A stretch of 64,000 nt of DNA, taken from IMG/VR virus record IMGVR_UViG_3300037851_000284, positions 96,001-160,000 of that record, one strand, 5' to 3'. The notes beneath the pieces are model-generated. The model was not told the DNA's origin. It saw only the letters and a program-made list of their open reading frames with translations, and searched no databases. The translations under genes were made by a program, and so were the position numbers. How positions within the stretch are numbered: position 1 is the first letter of the stretch; each line of letters opens with the position of its first letter. Source of the DNA: a virus. Its lineage: Duplodnaviria; Caudoviricetes. Below, in pieces: positions 18,828-29,531 of the stretch.

Positions 18828-19401
18828 CGAAGACGAAAATTCAGGACTTATAACGGTAGTTAATAGTCATCCCTATAAGAAAATATTGTATATTATAGGG
18901 GAAGTTAATGAGTCTGTTGCGAGCAATATTATTAAAGAACTATTGGAAGTAGACTGGGATGCGGGACAGACTAAAGAAATACATTTATACATAACCTCAC
19001 AAGGAGGATATCTAGCAGACTGTTTTGCTATTACAGACCTGTTACTACATATAAAAGAAAAAAATAATATTAGAATTTATACTTATGGTTTGGGAGAAAT
19101 TGCTAGTGCTGGGTTCTTTATATTTATAGCAGGTGATGAAAGAATGTTATTTCCTAGTTGTCGGGTATTCGTTCATACACATATTACAACAGGTGACGAT
19201 CGAACCTATGAGGAAAGAGTAAAAGCAGATAAAACGGAAGAAAAAGAAGTATATAATAATTATGTAAGATACACAGCTAGCCAATTAGGATTATCTATCG
19301 CGGTGGCAAAAAAGTTATTAAAGAAAAGTAAGTGGTTATCAACAAAAGAAATAAGAAGGTATAACATTATAAAAGGAAATAGTAATGAAACAAGCGGATA
19401 G
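18817..19401 (+). CDS. clpP: ClpP-like protease subunit
   Basis: LYIIGEVNE, IHLYITSQGG, GEIASAG (Ser nucleophile), RVFVH (His). The third triad Asp appears to be missing. Confidence 0.8.
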   Translation: MELNEDENSGLITVVNSHPYKKILYIIGEVNESVASNIIKELLEVDWDAGQTKEIHLYITSQGGYLADCFAITDLLLHIKEKNNIRIYTYGLGEIASAGFFIFIAGDERMLFPSCRVFVHTHITTGDDRTYEERVKADKTEEKEVYNNYVRYTASQLGLSIAVAKKLLKKSKWLSTKEIRRYNIIKGNSNETSG

Positions 19402-19621
19402 TATATTAGATAATCTTATTTCTACAGAAGAAGATAATGAACTAATTTTTAGTGATAAAATAGTTCTACCTAGACGTTGTGTGATGTGTAAACAATCTGT
19501 TATTTGTTCTGTAGTTCCAACATTTATAAATTTATCTAAAATAAAAATATATGTGTCTATAGAACAGTGTCCTTTTCATACCCCTATACCAACAAATGAT
19601 GTCGGAAAAGCTAAAAAATAA
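19385..19621 (+). CDS. Hypothetical small protein, possible Zn finger
   Basis: CVMC...C...CPFH; overlaps both neighbours. Confidence 0.45.
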   Translation: MKQADSILDNLISTEEDNELIFSDKIVLPRRCVMCKQSVICSVVPTFINLSKIKIYVSIEQCPFHTPIPTNDVGKAKK

Positions 19622-19853
19622 ATTATTATTATTAACCGAGGAAAAAAGTAAGAAATTTAAAGCTCCAGCAGAGTTCTTTATAAGTCTAAAGAATTCGTCT
19701 TTTACTAGGCTGGAATTAATGATAATAGATTCAGCATTGAAGAAAATGCCGCTTGATAACCTACATAAAACTCTTCTTTTACCTGAACAAAGGTTCTATG
19801 TTTTAATTGAAGATATAATTAAAAAGTTAGAAACTAACTATTTTGACGCATAA
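19596..19853 (+). CDS. Hypothetical protein, last gene of the + strand block
   Basis: Overlap-coupled ORF; its 3' end overlaps the convergent - strand gene. Confidence 0.45.
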   Translation: MMSEKLKNKLLLLTEEKSKKFKAPAEFFISLKNSSFTRLELMIIDSALKKMPLDNLHKTLLLPEQRFYVLIEDIIKKLETNYFDA

Positions 19854-20182
19854 GCCACTAGGCTTTTATATAGCTTATCAAATTTTGACATCATTGCTTT
19901 TAATGAGTTAAAATTAGATTGGAAATCAGATACCTCAGAGCCTTCTAGATAGAATCTGGTTTCTTCAGGAAGTATAACCTTAGCAAGTTTCTGTTCCATT
20001 TCTGATATAGTAATAGAATTAGTACGAATTAATTCTTTTAATTCATCATAAGACCTTGTAAGGTCTGCTGTAGTAATTTTACTACCCAAGTCAGTATTTA
20101 ATCTTTCTAGTTGAGTAGTCAATCCTTCAATTTTAACATCAATATTATTCAGTCTTGCTTCTATTTGTGTGGTTGTTAACAT
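19838..20182 (-). CDS. Hypothetical coiled-coil virion-module protein
   Basis: ATG 20182 (MLTTTQ) follows GGAG and is preferred over the track start at 20206; heptad-like helical sequence. Confidence 0.55.
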   Translation of the reverse strand: MLTTTQIEARLNNIDVKIEGLTTQLERLNTDLGSKITTADLTRSYDELKELIRTNSITISEMEQKLAKVILPEETRFYLEGSEVSDFQSNFNSLKAMMSKFDKLYKSLVAYASK

Positions 20183-20192
20183 TTTAACTCCG

Positions 20193-21365
20193 TTATAATG
20201 TACCATACGTGAAATTCAATTTAGCACCTCTAAATACAGGTGTTGTTTTACATACTTCGTTCATTGCTACTTTTAAATATAGACACCTTTTTCCATCTTC
20301 AGAACCCATATTAATAGTAGTCGAAGGAATAGTTTGTCTACCTTTTTTTCGTGCTAGACCTATTTTTTCAGTACTGCTTACTGTTGGAACCAAGGATATT
20401 TCTGATATAAATTGGTCATAATTATTATCTAATACGCCATCTACATAAAAATCTAAATCAATCATTACTGGAGTAATAGAGGTAATTGCGTTTCCGGCAA
20501 CATCGTAATTAGGTAAATTTTCAAACTTGAAGTATATTATATTAGTATTATTAATATAATCTATATTGCATATATCTACAGAACTAAACCCCATTGAATT
20601 TATGCCTTCCATTACATAATAAGTAATCTTAATTGAATTATTAAAATCTTTAGGAGCAAGGTGAAAAACTAATGGCCCAGTTGAATTATAAAAGGAATTT
20701 TCACTTACTGGATAAATAACCTTAAGCTTATTTTGTAAATCATAATACTCAATCTTAATAATTTCTATACCAAATATAGGAAAAGGAACGATTTCTATAT
20801 AGTTGAACCCCTTATTTATAGATGGAGGTAATAGTAATTCTAACGTATGTTGACCAGCAGTAGCACTTTCCACCCAAAAAGTAGTATTATCGCCATCAAT
20901 TATATTATATACAGCGTCGCTAGATGGTCTGAGTATTCCGTCAACTGATATTTGTATATTTGGAGAAACAACGCCGTTATAGATAGCTATTTTAGATAAT
21001 TTTTTATTATCATTCCAGTCTAACGTGGCGATTCCGGCCATTTTATTTTGTTTTTTTCCAACCATTCCCCCAAAAGCAGAAGCAAAAGCAACACCGACAT
21101 AAGAAGTAGTACTGTATATATCAGATGTGGTAGGATAATAATTATACATTTGACTAGACCTACTCATAGAGACATAAGATGATGTTAATGCTAGATTAAA
21201 TCTATCAAATGTTTCTTTGAGTTGTGTTCCTCTAATCAAAGACCTTAGAACAGATTCTTCTATAGAACGAATCATCTCATTAAGTTCCTTTGAACTAATA
21301 TTACTCCTATACTCTAATTCTTTTGTTATAGGATAAGCAAGTAATTGATCTGAATTTGTGCTCAT
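20193..21365 (-). CDS. Putative virion structural protein, discoidin-like paralog family member
   Basis: Helical N-terminus, AGIATL, NIIDGDNTTFW (F5/8-type-C-like), C-terminal TTPVFRGAKL. Confidence 0.55.
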   Translation of the reverse strand: MSTNSDQLLAYPITKELEYRSNISSKELNEMIRSIEESVLRSLIRGTQLKETFDRFNLALTSSYVSMSRSSQMYNYYPTTSDIYSTTSYVGVAFASAFGGMVGKKQNKMAGIATLDWNDNKKLSKIAIYNGVVSPNIQISVDGILRPSSDAVYNIIDGDNTTFWVESATAGQHTLELLLPPSINKGFNYIEIVPFPIFGIEIIKIEYYDLQNKLKVIYPVSENSFYNSTGPLVFHLAPKDFNNSIKITYYVMEGINSMGFSSVDICNIDYINNTNIIYFKFENLPNYDVAGNAITSITPVMIDLDFYVDGVLDNNYDQFISEISLVPTVSSTEKIGLARKKGRQTIPSTTINMGSEDGKRCLYLKVAMNEVCKTTPVFRGAKLNFTYGTL

Positions 21366-21367
21366 AT

Positions 21368-21625
21368 TTAATTCCTAATTTGACCAAAATGTTTTCGATA
21401 ATAGTAATCAAACTTTAGTGTATCTATTATTCTAGGAGAATCTCCAACTAATATACCACTAGTTGTGGTCGCTAAATATTCTCCTGAAGTTTGTAATCTA
21501 TCATAAAGTCCAGAACAATATGGTTTATCTGGAAGGCTTTGTCCTAATAAATACACTAGATTCTCGTAAGATAGTAATAGTTTATTATTTATTTGTTCTG
21601 AAGATAGTGGAAAATTGCTTCTCAT
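21368..21625 (-). CDS. Small hypothetical virion-module protein
   Basis: Directly abuts neighbours; AGGA upstream; 3 SG dipeptides in 85 aa. Confidence 0.5.
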   Translation of the reverse strand: MRSNFPLSSEQINNKLLLSYENLVYLLGQSLPDKPYCSGLYDRLQTSGEYLATTTSGILVGDSPRIIDTLKFDYYYRKHFGQIRN

Positions 21626-24600
21626 TTATTCCTCGTTTATTGTAAATCGTATAGAACGTATTTTTGGTACAAGGCTACCGGTATCATCACTTAACAATAC
21701 TATTTTGTATAAGAATCTATTATTAGTATCGTCTGAATGAATAGATGTTCTATAAGATATTGAATAATAAGAAGAAAGATTTTCTCCCGTATTAAAGAAT
21801 AAAAATCCTCTATTTATATCGTCTATTTCTACAGAATTAGACACTAAATAAATTCGTCTATCTGTTCCGTGTCCAGTTGCTAAGAGCCAAGATAACCAAT
21901 TAGAAGACCCAACCGTTCCGCTGGCTGTCGGAGCCCTAGGATCAATATCATTTGGATACAATGTTATCTTCTGTGTATTAACACTATCTACATTTATAGG
22001 ATAACCATAAGTACTATGATGCGGATAATAAGTTATTCCTGTATAATTTGGAAACTCATTTAACGTGGCTCCGCCATTCCAAGTAGTATCTCTAGTTACA
22101 TTGTCTTTTATATACAATATATTACCAGAGGAGCCAGTAGTATAATAGAATTGGTCAACAAATCTTTTATCATAATTGTGTTGTCTAACCCAATGACCTT
22201 TATTATCTAACTGTTTAGTGGAATCAGAGTAATATTTTTTATTAATTGAATCAAAATAGTATCCAGGAACAGTATCTTTTGAAGGAAACTTAACTACTAT
22301 AAATTTTTCTCCATTTTCCTCATATATAGCTGCTCTCTGATCTCCAGTAAAAGAATTATATAATAAAGTATCTAATCCGACTAGTTTAATAGGGTCTATC
22401 TTATAAACTAATTTAACATTAGGAGATATAGTAATAGAACTGCTCTGTTTATTTTTATAAGGACTCCAATTATCGGCACAATATCCATTATCGTCATTAC
22501 TAGCACAGAATAAAGTTATTTTAAAATGACTTTCCGTATTGGTGGATCCGAAGAATATCTTAAACATACCGCCATTATCTTCTAGGTAATCTGTTATTTG
22601 TCCCGTATCCAGATTTTCAATTGCGATTTTATTAATAAGATTTATATTTTTATCTACTACTTTAACATTAGGAATTATGATATAAGGATTATAAGCATTA
22701 GCAGCAATAATAGCATATCCTGTCCAAGTAGATAAATATTCGTTTTTAGTTCTATATAAATATGTGTAATCAAATGTTATACCAGAAGGTTTTAACAAGT
22801 ATTTAGTATCGCTTAAAGGTCCAAAATATATACCTGTTATTGTTACTCCGCTATATAATACTTGATATTCCTTGGAATCTAAAACCTCAGCAGTATTATG
22901 GATTTTAACCTCTGTAATAGAATCAATAATAAATTCTTCATTAGTATTAATAATACTAGAAGCTATTGGTATACAGTATTCTATCCAAGATGCGGGATTG
23001 GCAGGGTCAGAATCCTTTTCTTTAAAACCGACTTTATTAATAAATTTAGATTTGTATTTCCATTTAAAATGACAAGGATATAAATCTCCGTCATTTTCGA
23101 ACGGTCGCTCCTGATATGTATATAGTTTAACGGTAGAGTCTAGAAGCGTCTCTCTACGACCAAATTTATATATTTTATAGAAAGGAGTATTATTAAAATA
23201 GAAATCTGGAACAAAGTTATGATAACTATCTTTTAAAAATCCACTTTCAGAAAATAACCCATTAATACCTGTTGGAGTAACAGTTTCGCTAAATGGTCTC
23301 CACCAACCATTTACGTGTGCTGTGTAGTCATTAAATACTAATAATGAACCACTAAGAGTATAATTAAATGGATATCCTATTCCGCTACCAAATCCTAACC
23401 ATTGACCGGAATATCTATTATCTGCTGCGATTGAAGGATGAAGATTTCCGCTAGAGTCTTCTATATTAGCCCATGCTATACTTAAATCTGTTGCGATATC
23501 TATTCCTGATACCAGAATTCCGGCAGTAACCAGCGGACTCATAGTAGCCCACGCTGTATTAGAAGTGTTAACCCAACCACTTAATTGTAATATTCCAGTA
23601 TAACCAACATCTCCATACATTAAAGGATTAGTTACAATAAACAAAGAATTATCGAGTTTTTTATTTCTTATTGTATTATCAAAATCTATTTGTTTTGGAA
23701 CTTGTTCGAAATTTGTATTAATAAATTGTATGTTTTTCCAATTAAAATCTAATCCTTTATAATTTAGTACTCCAGTTATTGTATCAGTTGAATTAATTAT
23801 ATCTGATAAATAAACATATCCATTATAAGTACTATCAAATTTATAAGCTTCTGAAGAATCGTAATTAACAGGTAGGTTTCCAGAGTTAAGGAAAGCTCCG
23901 CTAATCTTTATATCCTGAGCAACATATACGTTTACGTCACAATTCGGAGGAACGTCAATATCACCAGAAACAGTTAAGTTATTTATAATAGAAGTTTCTG
24001 AAGAATAACTATTTACAGAAATAGGTTTAGAATATAATGTAGCAGACCTTCTAGATGTGCTTTGTGAAATAGCTATATTATTAATGACATAATAATAGGT
24101 ATTAGTATCGAATGAATCTGGACTTTCTTTAATAAATTCTATTTTAATATAAGCGGTTTTTGTATTTGGAAAGTTAAATATTACTTTATCGCTTTTGATT
24201 TCTTGTATACTTTGGGTATTAACGTCTTTCCATTCAAACTGATTTTTATAATATAATCTAATATACCCTTTAGCTATATCCGAATCCATATCTATAACTA
24301 CAGAATTTATTTCTACTTCTGATGCATCGGGAGCTAATTGAAGAGTAATTGATGCTTTTAATGGAGTAGGAGTAGAAGTAATTATCCTATATACTAATTG
24401 TCTTGGGTCATCTTGGTCTAACATAGCTGCTGGATCAGAAGACCCAACATAACCATATTCGTTTATTTGAGCAAAATTCTCTACAATGTTAAACTCTATT
24501 TTAGAACCACGATAATGTTCTAGAGACAATATATTTGAAATATCTTTATTTATAGTAAATAATCCAGCGTCATAATTTACTGGGTCACTTCTTTGAACAT

Positions 24601-25015
24601 TGATATTGGTAGAAGTATCAAAAGATTCTGTAAAATTATATTTTAAAAAATCGTCTCCTATATTTCCGTTAGCTATATCTGTAGCATTAGATTTTATTCT
24701 TCTCATTTCTCTTTTAACGCCGTTGTGTTCTTTAAGAGAATTGGTTAGTTGATCAAGAATTTCCTGAGATTCTTTTTCTATAGAATTAAACAAGACATCA
24801 ATATCATCTATAATGTTAGAAAATTTTTTCCTGATTTCAACTATATCTATATCAGTCATGTGAGTATTAGTTGTAATTGGAATATTTTCTTCAGACGTTA
24901 ATTCGTTTATTTTAGATAACACATCATTTTTACTTGGAATACGCGGAGTTCCATATTCTCCTCTAATAAACGAAGAATAAACTTTGTCATATAGACTATT
25001 GATTTTATAATTCAT
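21626..25015 (-). CDS. Large putative baseplate/tail structural protein (1129 aa), paralog family member
   Basis: Coiled-coil N-terminus, FTESF...DAGLFTI, beta-rich body, C-terminal LVPKIRSIRF. Confidence 0.6.
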   Translation of the reverse strand: MNYKINSLYDKVYSSFIRGEYGTPRIPSKNDVLSKINELTSEENIPITTNTHMTDIDIVEIRKKFSNIIDDIDVLFNSIEKESQEILDQLTNSLKEHNGVKREMRRIKSNATDIANGNIGDDFLKYNFTESFDTSTNINVQRSDPVNYDAGLFTINKDISNILSLEHYRGSKIEFNIVENFAQINEYGYVGSSDPAAMLDQDDPRQLVYRIITSTPTPLKASITLQLAPDASEVEINSVVIDMDSDIAKGYIRLYYKNQFEWKDVNTQSIQEIKSDKVIFNFPNTKTAYIKIEFIKESPDSFDTNTYYYVINNIAISQSTSRRSATLYSKPISVNSYSSETSIINNLTVSGDIDVPPNCDVNVYVAQDIKISGAFLNSGNLPVNYDSSEAYKFDSTYNGYVYLSDIINSTDTITGVLNYKGLDFNWKNIQFINTNFEQVPKQIDFDNTIRNKKLDNSLFIVTNPLMYGDVGYTGILQLSGWVNTSNTAWATMSPLVTAGILVSGIDIATDLSIAWANIEDSSGNLHPSIAADNRYSGQWLGFGSGIGYPFNYTLSGSLLVFNDYTAHVNGWWRPFSETVTPTGINGLFSESGFLKDSYHNFVPDFYFNNTPFYKIYKFGRRETLLDSTVKLYTYQERPFENDGDLYPCHFKWKYKSKFINKVGFKEKDSDPANPASWIEYCIPIASSIINTNEEFIIDSITEVKIHNTAEVLDSKEYQVLYSGVTITGIYFGPLSDTKYLLKPSGITFDYTYLYRTKNEYLSTWTGYAIIAANAYNPYIIIPNVKVVDKNINLINKIAIENLDTGQITDYLEDNGGMFKIFFGSTNTESHFKITLFCASNDDNGYCADNWSPYKNKQSSSITISPNVKLVYKIDPIKLVGLDTLLYNSFTGDQRAAIYEENGEKFIVVKFPSKDTVPGYYFDSINKKYYSDSTKQLDNKGHWVRQHNYDKRFVDQFYYTTGSSGNILYIKDNVTRDTTWNGGATLNEFPNYTGITYYPHHSTYGYPINVDSVNTQKITLYPNDIDPRAPTASGTVGSSNWLSWLLATGHGTDRRIYLVSNSVEIDDINRGFLFFNTGENLSSYYSISYRTSIHSDDTNNRFLYKIVLLSDDTGSLVPKIRSIRFTINEE

Positions 25016-26372
25016 TCAATTGATCCTTATCAAAGATAATACATTTGTAATTATAAATCTCAGGAGGGATAAATCTATCCTCTTTTATTTTAGAAAGATC
25101 AAATACTATCTTAACTCTAAATATCTTAACGTTGTTTATTTCTATATATTTTATATATGAAACATCGTTTTGTAGCTTATCAAATATTAAGATTTTTGGT
25201 ACAATATTTCCATCAGACTTTTCGTCTATTCTATTAATTGGCGAAATTCTTTCCCACTTAGAATTAATTTCTATGAAATATTTAACTACATCATATCTAT
25301 TTATATCTACGTATTCTGGTATAAATTCCTCGGATTTAATAGAAATAGAATATAGATTAAAATCGACTGGATAGTAGTTTGATACATATACTCCCTGTTT
25401 AACATAAATATTATCTCTTATTGCTATATCATTTATTCCTATGCTTAATCTTTTCCTATTGATAATGTTAGGCTCAATTTCGACTTCTCCAACTTTCTTC
25501 AATTTATTAACATCCGGAGAACTAAATACCTGGTTGTCTAGATTTCTAAAGTAGTTGTCGGAATCTATAAATTTTTGATGATCCAAGCGTATAATACGGT
25601 CATTGGATCCTGGTTTATTAGAACTAGCACTAACGTTGGATATATATAAATCGTAAATTGCGGGAGTATTATATTGGGTTCGAGTATCATAATAATTTAC
25701 ATTAAAGGTTATACCAGAACTCATAGTTCCAGAACCATAGTAAATCCAATCAGATAGGGACGGTATCAATACTCCGCTATCATGAGCATAATTAATTTTA
25801 AATCTATATGGTCCATCGTTAGGATATACTCCATAAGCAGCATCTCCTTCATTATAAAGAGTATCCCATTTTACATTATATCTCATTGAATTATTACTAG
25901 ATAGATACCCGCTTATTATTACTTCTTTATTCTGTATATTATGTGGAAAAGTATAGACTCCACTATAACTACCATATATTTCTTCAGTATCTCTTTGTAA
26001 TATCCAATGAACATTAAATATTTTATTTTCCCAATAATAATCGTTTATTTTAACATCATTAAATTTTAAGTTAACATCAGAATCAGTATCATTCTCCCCG
26101 CCTAATACAGAAAAAATACCATAAGATATGTCATGATAAAATTTATCTCCGCGTAATCTAGTAAGTAGAGCACTAACAGAGTAAGCCTCTACTGGGTCTG
26201 GTAAGACAGTAATTCCGCTTGGTACTATTATAGCTTTAACTTTCGAGTTTGGAGTCAGAGTATATTCCCCAGACACTCTTAAATATAGATTGGCGTCCCC
26301 TTTATTAACAGCAACCATCTTAAGAGATGGTAAAGAAGAAGCACCAAGATTAACATAAACATAGTTTGCCAT
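25005..26372 (-). CDS. Putative baseplate/tail structural protein
   Basis: Beta-rich, SG-rich N-terminal half; C-terminal IPPEIYNYKC motif like those of neighbours; GGA upstream. Confidence 0.55.
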   Translation of the reverse strand: MANYVYVNLGASSLPSLKMVAVNKGDANLYLRVSGEYTLTPNSKVKAIIVPSGITVLPDPVEAYSVSALLTRLRGDKFYHDISYGIFSVLGGENDTDSDVNLKFNDVKINDYYWENKIFNVHWILQRDTEEIYGSYSGVYTFPHNIQNKEVIISGYLSSNNSMRYNVKWDTLYNEGDAAYGVYPNDGPYRFKINYAHDSGVLIPSLSDWIYYGSGTMSSGITFNVNYYDTRTQYNTPAIYDLYISNVSASSNKPGSNDRIIRLDHQKFIDSDNYFRNLDNQVFSSPDVNKLKKVGEVEIEPNIINRKRLSIGINDIAIRDNIYVKQGVYVSNYYPVDFNLYSISIKSEEFIPEYVDINRYDVVKYFIEINSKWERISPINRIDEKSDGNIVPKILIFDKLQNDVSYIKYIEINNVKIFRVKIVFDLSKIKEDRFIPPEIYNYKCIIFDKDQLNEL

Positions 26373-26380
26373 TGTTGTCC

Positions 26381-27988
26381 TTAGAATGGAATATTAAAGT
26401 TATTAGCTTTATTAGTTACGCACCATACTGATGCTTGATTAAATTGGTCTTCAATTCCGATATAAAATTTATACCTACCAGATTTTGATATAGTTATCTC
26501 TATTGATTGATCAGATAAAGAAGTATAAGTATTAGGAGTCAAAGTCGTTGAATTATAATACAATCCAGCGATTCCTAACGTAAATAATTGTTCCATTGTT
26601 GGTCCGGAAAGTTCAACATTAGGATAGGTCTCTACACTATCATACGGAGTGTATATACTTTTAAAAACAGCTAGATACTTTTCAAGCTCCGTTGTTTGCA
26701 GTGCTGCAGCATAAACCTTTGTGATATATGGATATATCTGAGAATCAGGCAACTTATCTCTAGAGGTACCTTTACTCCAATCTTCATGATTTGCATCAAA
26801 GGTTATTTTTGCGTAACACACCGTACCTGTAGGATTAATAAATATGTAAGGATTTAAATTATTAATATTATCTATTACGTTAGACTCATAAGAACCAGAG
26901 ACCATAAATTGTATTTTAACATCGTCTATTGAAAATCTATGACCTTTACAGAAACTGACCATATCAGAATAGGCTATTCCTCCAGAAATAGCTGGTTTAA
27001 TTCCTGCTAGTTTTGGTTCATATGAAACATAACAATAATCCCCTCTCTTCATCGTTGAACTAGGAATCATAATAGTTGAAGGAGGTAAAAAGTTACTGGT
27101 GTAATTTACAGGAGACCCTTCTTTTATCTTATTCTCAGCTCTACTATATACACATTTTTTTACATTCTGTAATTCCGTATATGTTACACTATTTTTATTA
27201 CTATCCATAGTAATAGAAAAATATACTTCTGCATCAGTTTTATTAATGGCAGGACTAACAGATATACTTCCAGTAGCATTAGGAGGGTCTAGAGATACTC
27301 CAGTATACTCTTTTGATGCTATTATTACTCCGTATTTATTTAGAACTTTTACGTTAATAATACAGTTACTTAGAACGAAATTAGGGTCGGTGAATAAATA
27401 AGAACTTGGAGCATTGCTTAAATCCAGTTTTGCTGTTATACCAAGATTAAAACTACCAGTAGAGTTATCATAATGCCAGAACAATCCCTTTATTCTTTGC
27501 TCCGTTCCACCGTATAATAGATTAACTGAACTACAAGTAAAAGTAATTATAACGTCTTCGCCTATAGCCCAATAACCAGTTCTAGAACCAGTTTTATTGG
27601 CGTTCCATGTAGCGTAATCTCCCCCAATAGTAAATCCCATATCGGGTCTATAGTTATCATTAATTTCTATTCCGCCTTTGTCTGTGTTCCAACCCGTAGC
27701 TATTGGTAACTTTGAATAAATTCCACTACAACTATTGATATTAATTACTATAGGTATTCCGTTTTCTGAAATTATTTTAGATTTATCGTCGGTGTAATTT
27801 TGGGATCCCAAGGTAGGGTCCGCCCAATAACCAATGGTTGCTGTGCTTCCCAAAGTAAGAGTTTGAGGAGAATAATTTTTGTTTATTATAGATAAGTTGT
27901 TGGCAGAAGAACTATATAAAATAACCTGATTATCATTAGTACTAAAACCAACATCATCTTGAGAATATAATATATTTTTTGTTTCCAT
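26381..27988 (-). CDS. Hypothetical beta-rich virion-module protein
   Basis: Long ORF rich in S/T/N/G/Y within the structural operon. Confidence 0.5.
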   Translation of the reverse strand: METKNILYSQDDVGFSTNDNQVILYSSSANNLSIINKNYSPQTLTLGSTATIGYWADPTLGSQNYTDDKSKIISENGIPIVININSCSGIYSKLPIATGWNTDKGGIEINDNYRPDMGFTIGGDYATWNANKTGSRTGYWAIGEDVIITFTCSSVNLLYGGTEQRIKGLFWHYDNSTGSFNLGITAKLDLSNAPSSYLFTDPNFVLSNCIINVKVLNKYGVIIASKEYTGVSLDPPNATGSISVSPAINKTDAEVYFSITMDSNKNSVTYTELQNVKKCVYSRAENKIKEGSPVNYTSNFLPPSTIMIPSSTMKRGDYCYVSYEPKLAGIKPAISGGIAYSDMVSFCKGHRFSIDDVKIQFMVSGSYESNVIDNINNLNPYIFINPTGTVCYAKITFDANHEDWSKGTSRDKLPDSQIYPYITKVYAAALQTTELEKYLAVFKSIYTPYDSVETYPNVELSGPTMEQLFTLGIAGLYYNSTTLTPNTYTSLSDQSIEITISKSGRYKFYIGIEDQFNQASVWCVTNKANNFNIPF

Positions 27989-27989
27989 T

Positions 27990-29531
27990 TTATACCGAGA
28001 AAAATTCTAAGCTATTGATTTGTCCGTCTTTAGATAAAGTAATTTTATCTATTACTAAGGTTGTTGACCCTATAAATTTTAAATTGCTTGTAACACTAGA
28101 ACAGTTACTTGTTATATTTTCAACTATCGATTTATCTTGATTACAATTATTATTTATTATTATATTACTTTCATTTATTTGTGTTGCTCCTGCTGTTCTT
28201 AATTTAGCTGGTAATCCATTATAAAGAATACCGGTTCCTAAAGAAGCAGCGAAACTAGAACTGATTGTAGGAAATTTAAATATATATCTTTTTGAATCAG
28301 AATGAAATAATATATATAAATTACTACTCTTTTCGATTAAATCTACATCAGTTCCATTAAAAATTCTACGGCTTGCTATATTAAGTAATGAGTCATAAAT
28401 TATCATATCTGAAGTTAAATCCGAGTTATTTATCAAATACACATAATATCCATTTGCTGTATACATTGATATTCTTAGTACTGTAGTTTCAGTATATACA
28501 GTAGAGTCGTAGTCAGTTACAGCAGTAAACCCAGAAGATAAAGTAAACTTACTAATTGTATGAATATATCTATAACCGTTTCTGTCTACAAAGTAGTTCT
28601 TAATAGAGTTCGCAACAACTACGACGCCAGTAGAAGATAGATAATCGATATCTACTAGGCAACCTAGACTCATTGGTTGAAACCTAAAATTAATATATCG
28701 ACTATCTGAAATATAACGACCTGGAATAAGATTATAATTCCATAGCTTAGAGGTATAGGCTCCAGTAATAGAAGTATTTATTTTAGCAATATCCATAGAA
28801 GCAGTTGATTCTCCAAACCAAGCAGTATCAACTGGATACCCCCATGCGGTGGGAGTTATACTTAGATTTTTTCCAGCTACAGTTAAATCGCTTCTATTGA
28901 CTCGTATTCTTACTACTACAGGAATGGTCCAAAACCAATGAAACGGTTTAGTAAAAGAAATACTAATATCAGAATATGAACCAAACATATCTACTCTACT
29001 AGATACCGCTATATATAAATCATCATATGTAGTATTAGATTCTACCACCATCGATGCTTGTAGGTCATAGGCTTCTATCTTATTAACTGTAACATCAACG
29101 TATTTACTATTTCCTAAGTTTTGCATTTCCCATTGCTGAGAAGACACAAAATATTTAAGACAACTTCTAGGAACATTTAGTTCTATAAATTTAGTAGCAG
29201 AATCAAATTCTGCAGGCATTGAAAGAGAAGAAGTAATTCCTGGATTGAACGCCGCTATGTCTGTAGCACTATCAATCAAAGAAGATTTGATTTTATTAAA
29301 AAACGTAGCATCGTTAATCATTAATCTGTAAGGTAATACAGGTATTATATGTTTTGATAAAACTAAATCTTTATCAGAACCTTGAGCTGTACGTATTATA
29401 AGTTGTTTTCCGCTATCACAGTTAATAGTAGATAAAGTATAATTAATAGCCAAAGAATTATACTTCGAGGCAGTAAATCCTTTTTTATTATTAACATACC
29501 CAATAGTGTCTGGATAGTTATAAGTAGACAT
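27990..29531 (-). CDS. Hypothetical beta-rich virion-module protein
   Basis: Long ORF coupled to the upstream gene; no recognisable motif. Confidence 0.5.
   Translation of the reverse strand: MSTYNYPDTIGYVNNKKGFTASKYNSLAINYTLSTINCDSGKQLIIRTAQGSDKDLVLSKHIIPVLPYRLMINDATFFNKIKSSLIDSATDIAAFNPGITSSLSMPAEFDSATKFIELNVPRSCLKYFVSSQQWEMQNLGNSKYVDVTVNKIEAYDLQASMVVESNTTYDDLYIAVSSRVDMFGSYSDISISFTKPFHWFWTIPVVVRIRVNRSDLTVAGKNLSITPTAWGYPVDTAWFGESTASMDIAKINTSITGAYTSKLWNYNLIPGRYISDSRYINFRFQPMSLGCLVDIDYLSSTGVVVVANSIKNYFVDRNGYRYIHTISKFTLSSGFTAVTDYDSTVYTETTVLRISMYTANGYYVYLINNSDLTSDMIIYDSLLNIASRRIFNGTDVDLIEKSSNLYILFHSDSKRYIFKFPTISSSFAASLGTGILYNGLPAKLRTAGATQINESNIIINNNCNQDKSIVENITSNCSSVTSNLKFIGSTTLVIDKITLSKDGQINSLEFFSV

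Noticed and set aside
19780-19900. Bidirectional intrinsic terminator at the convergence point
   Set aside because: No stable hairpin with a U-tract found; the two ORFs overlap.
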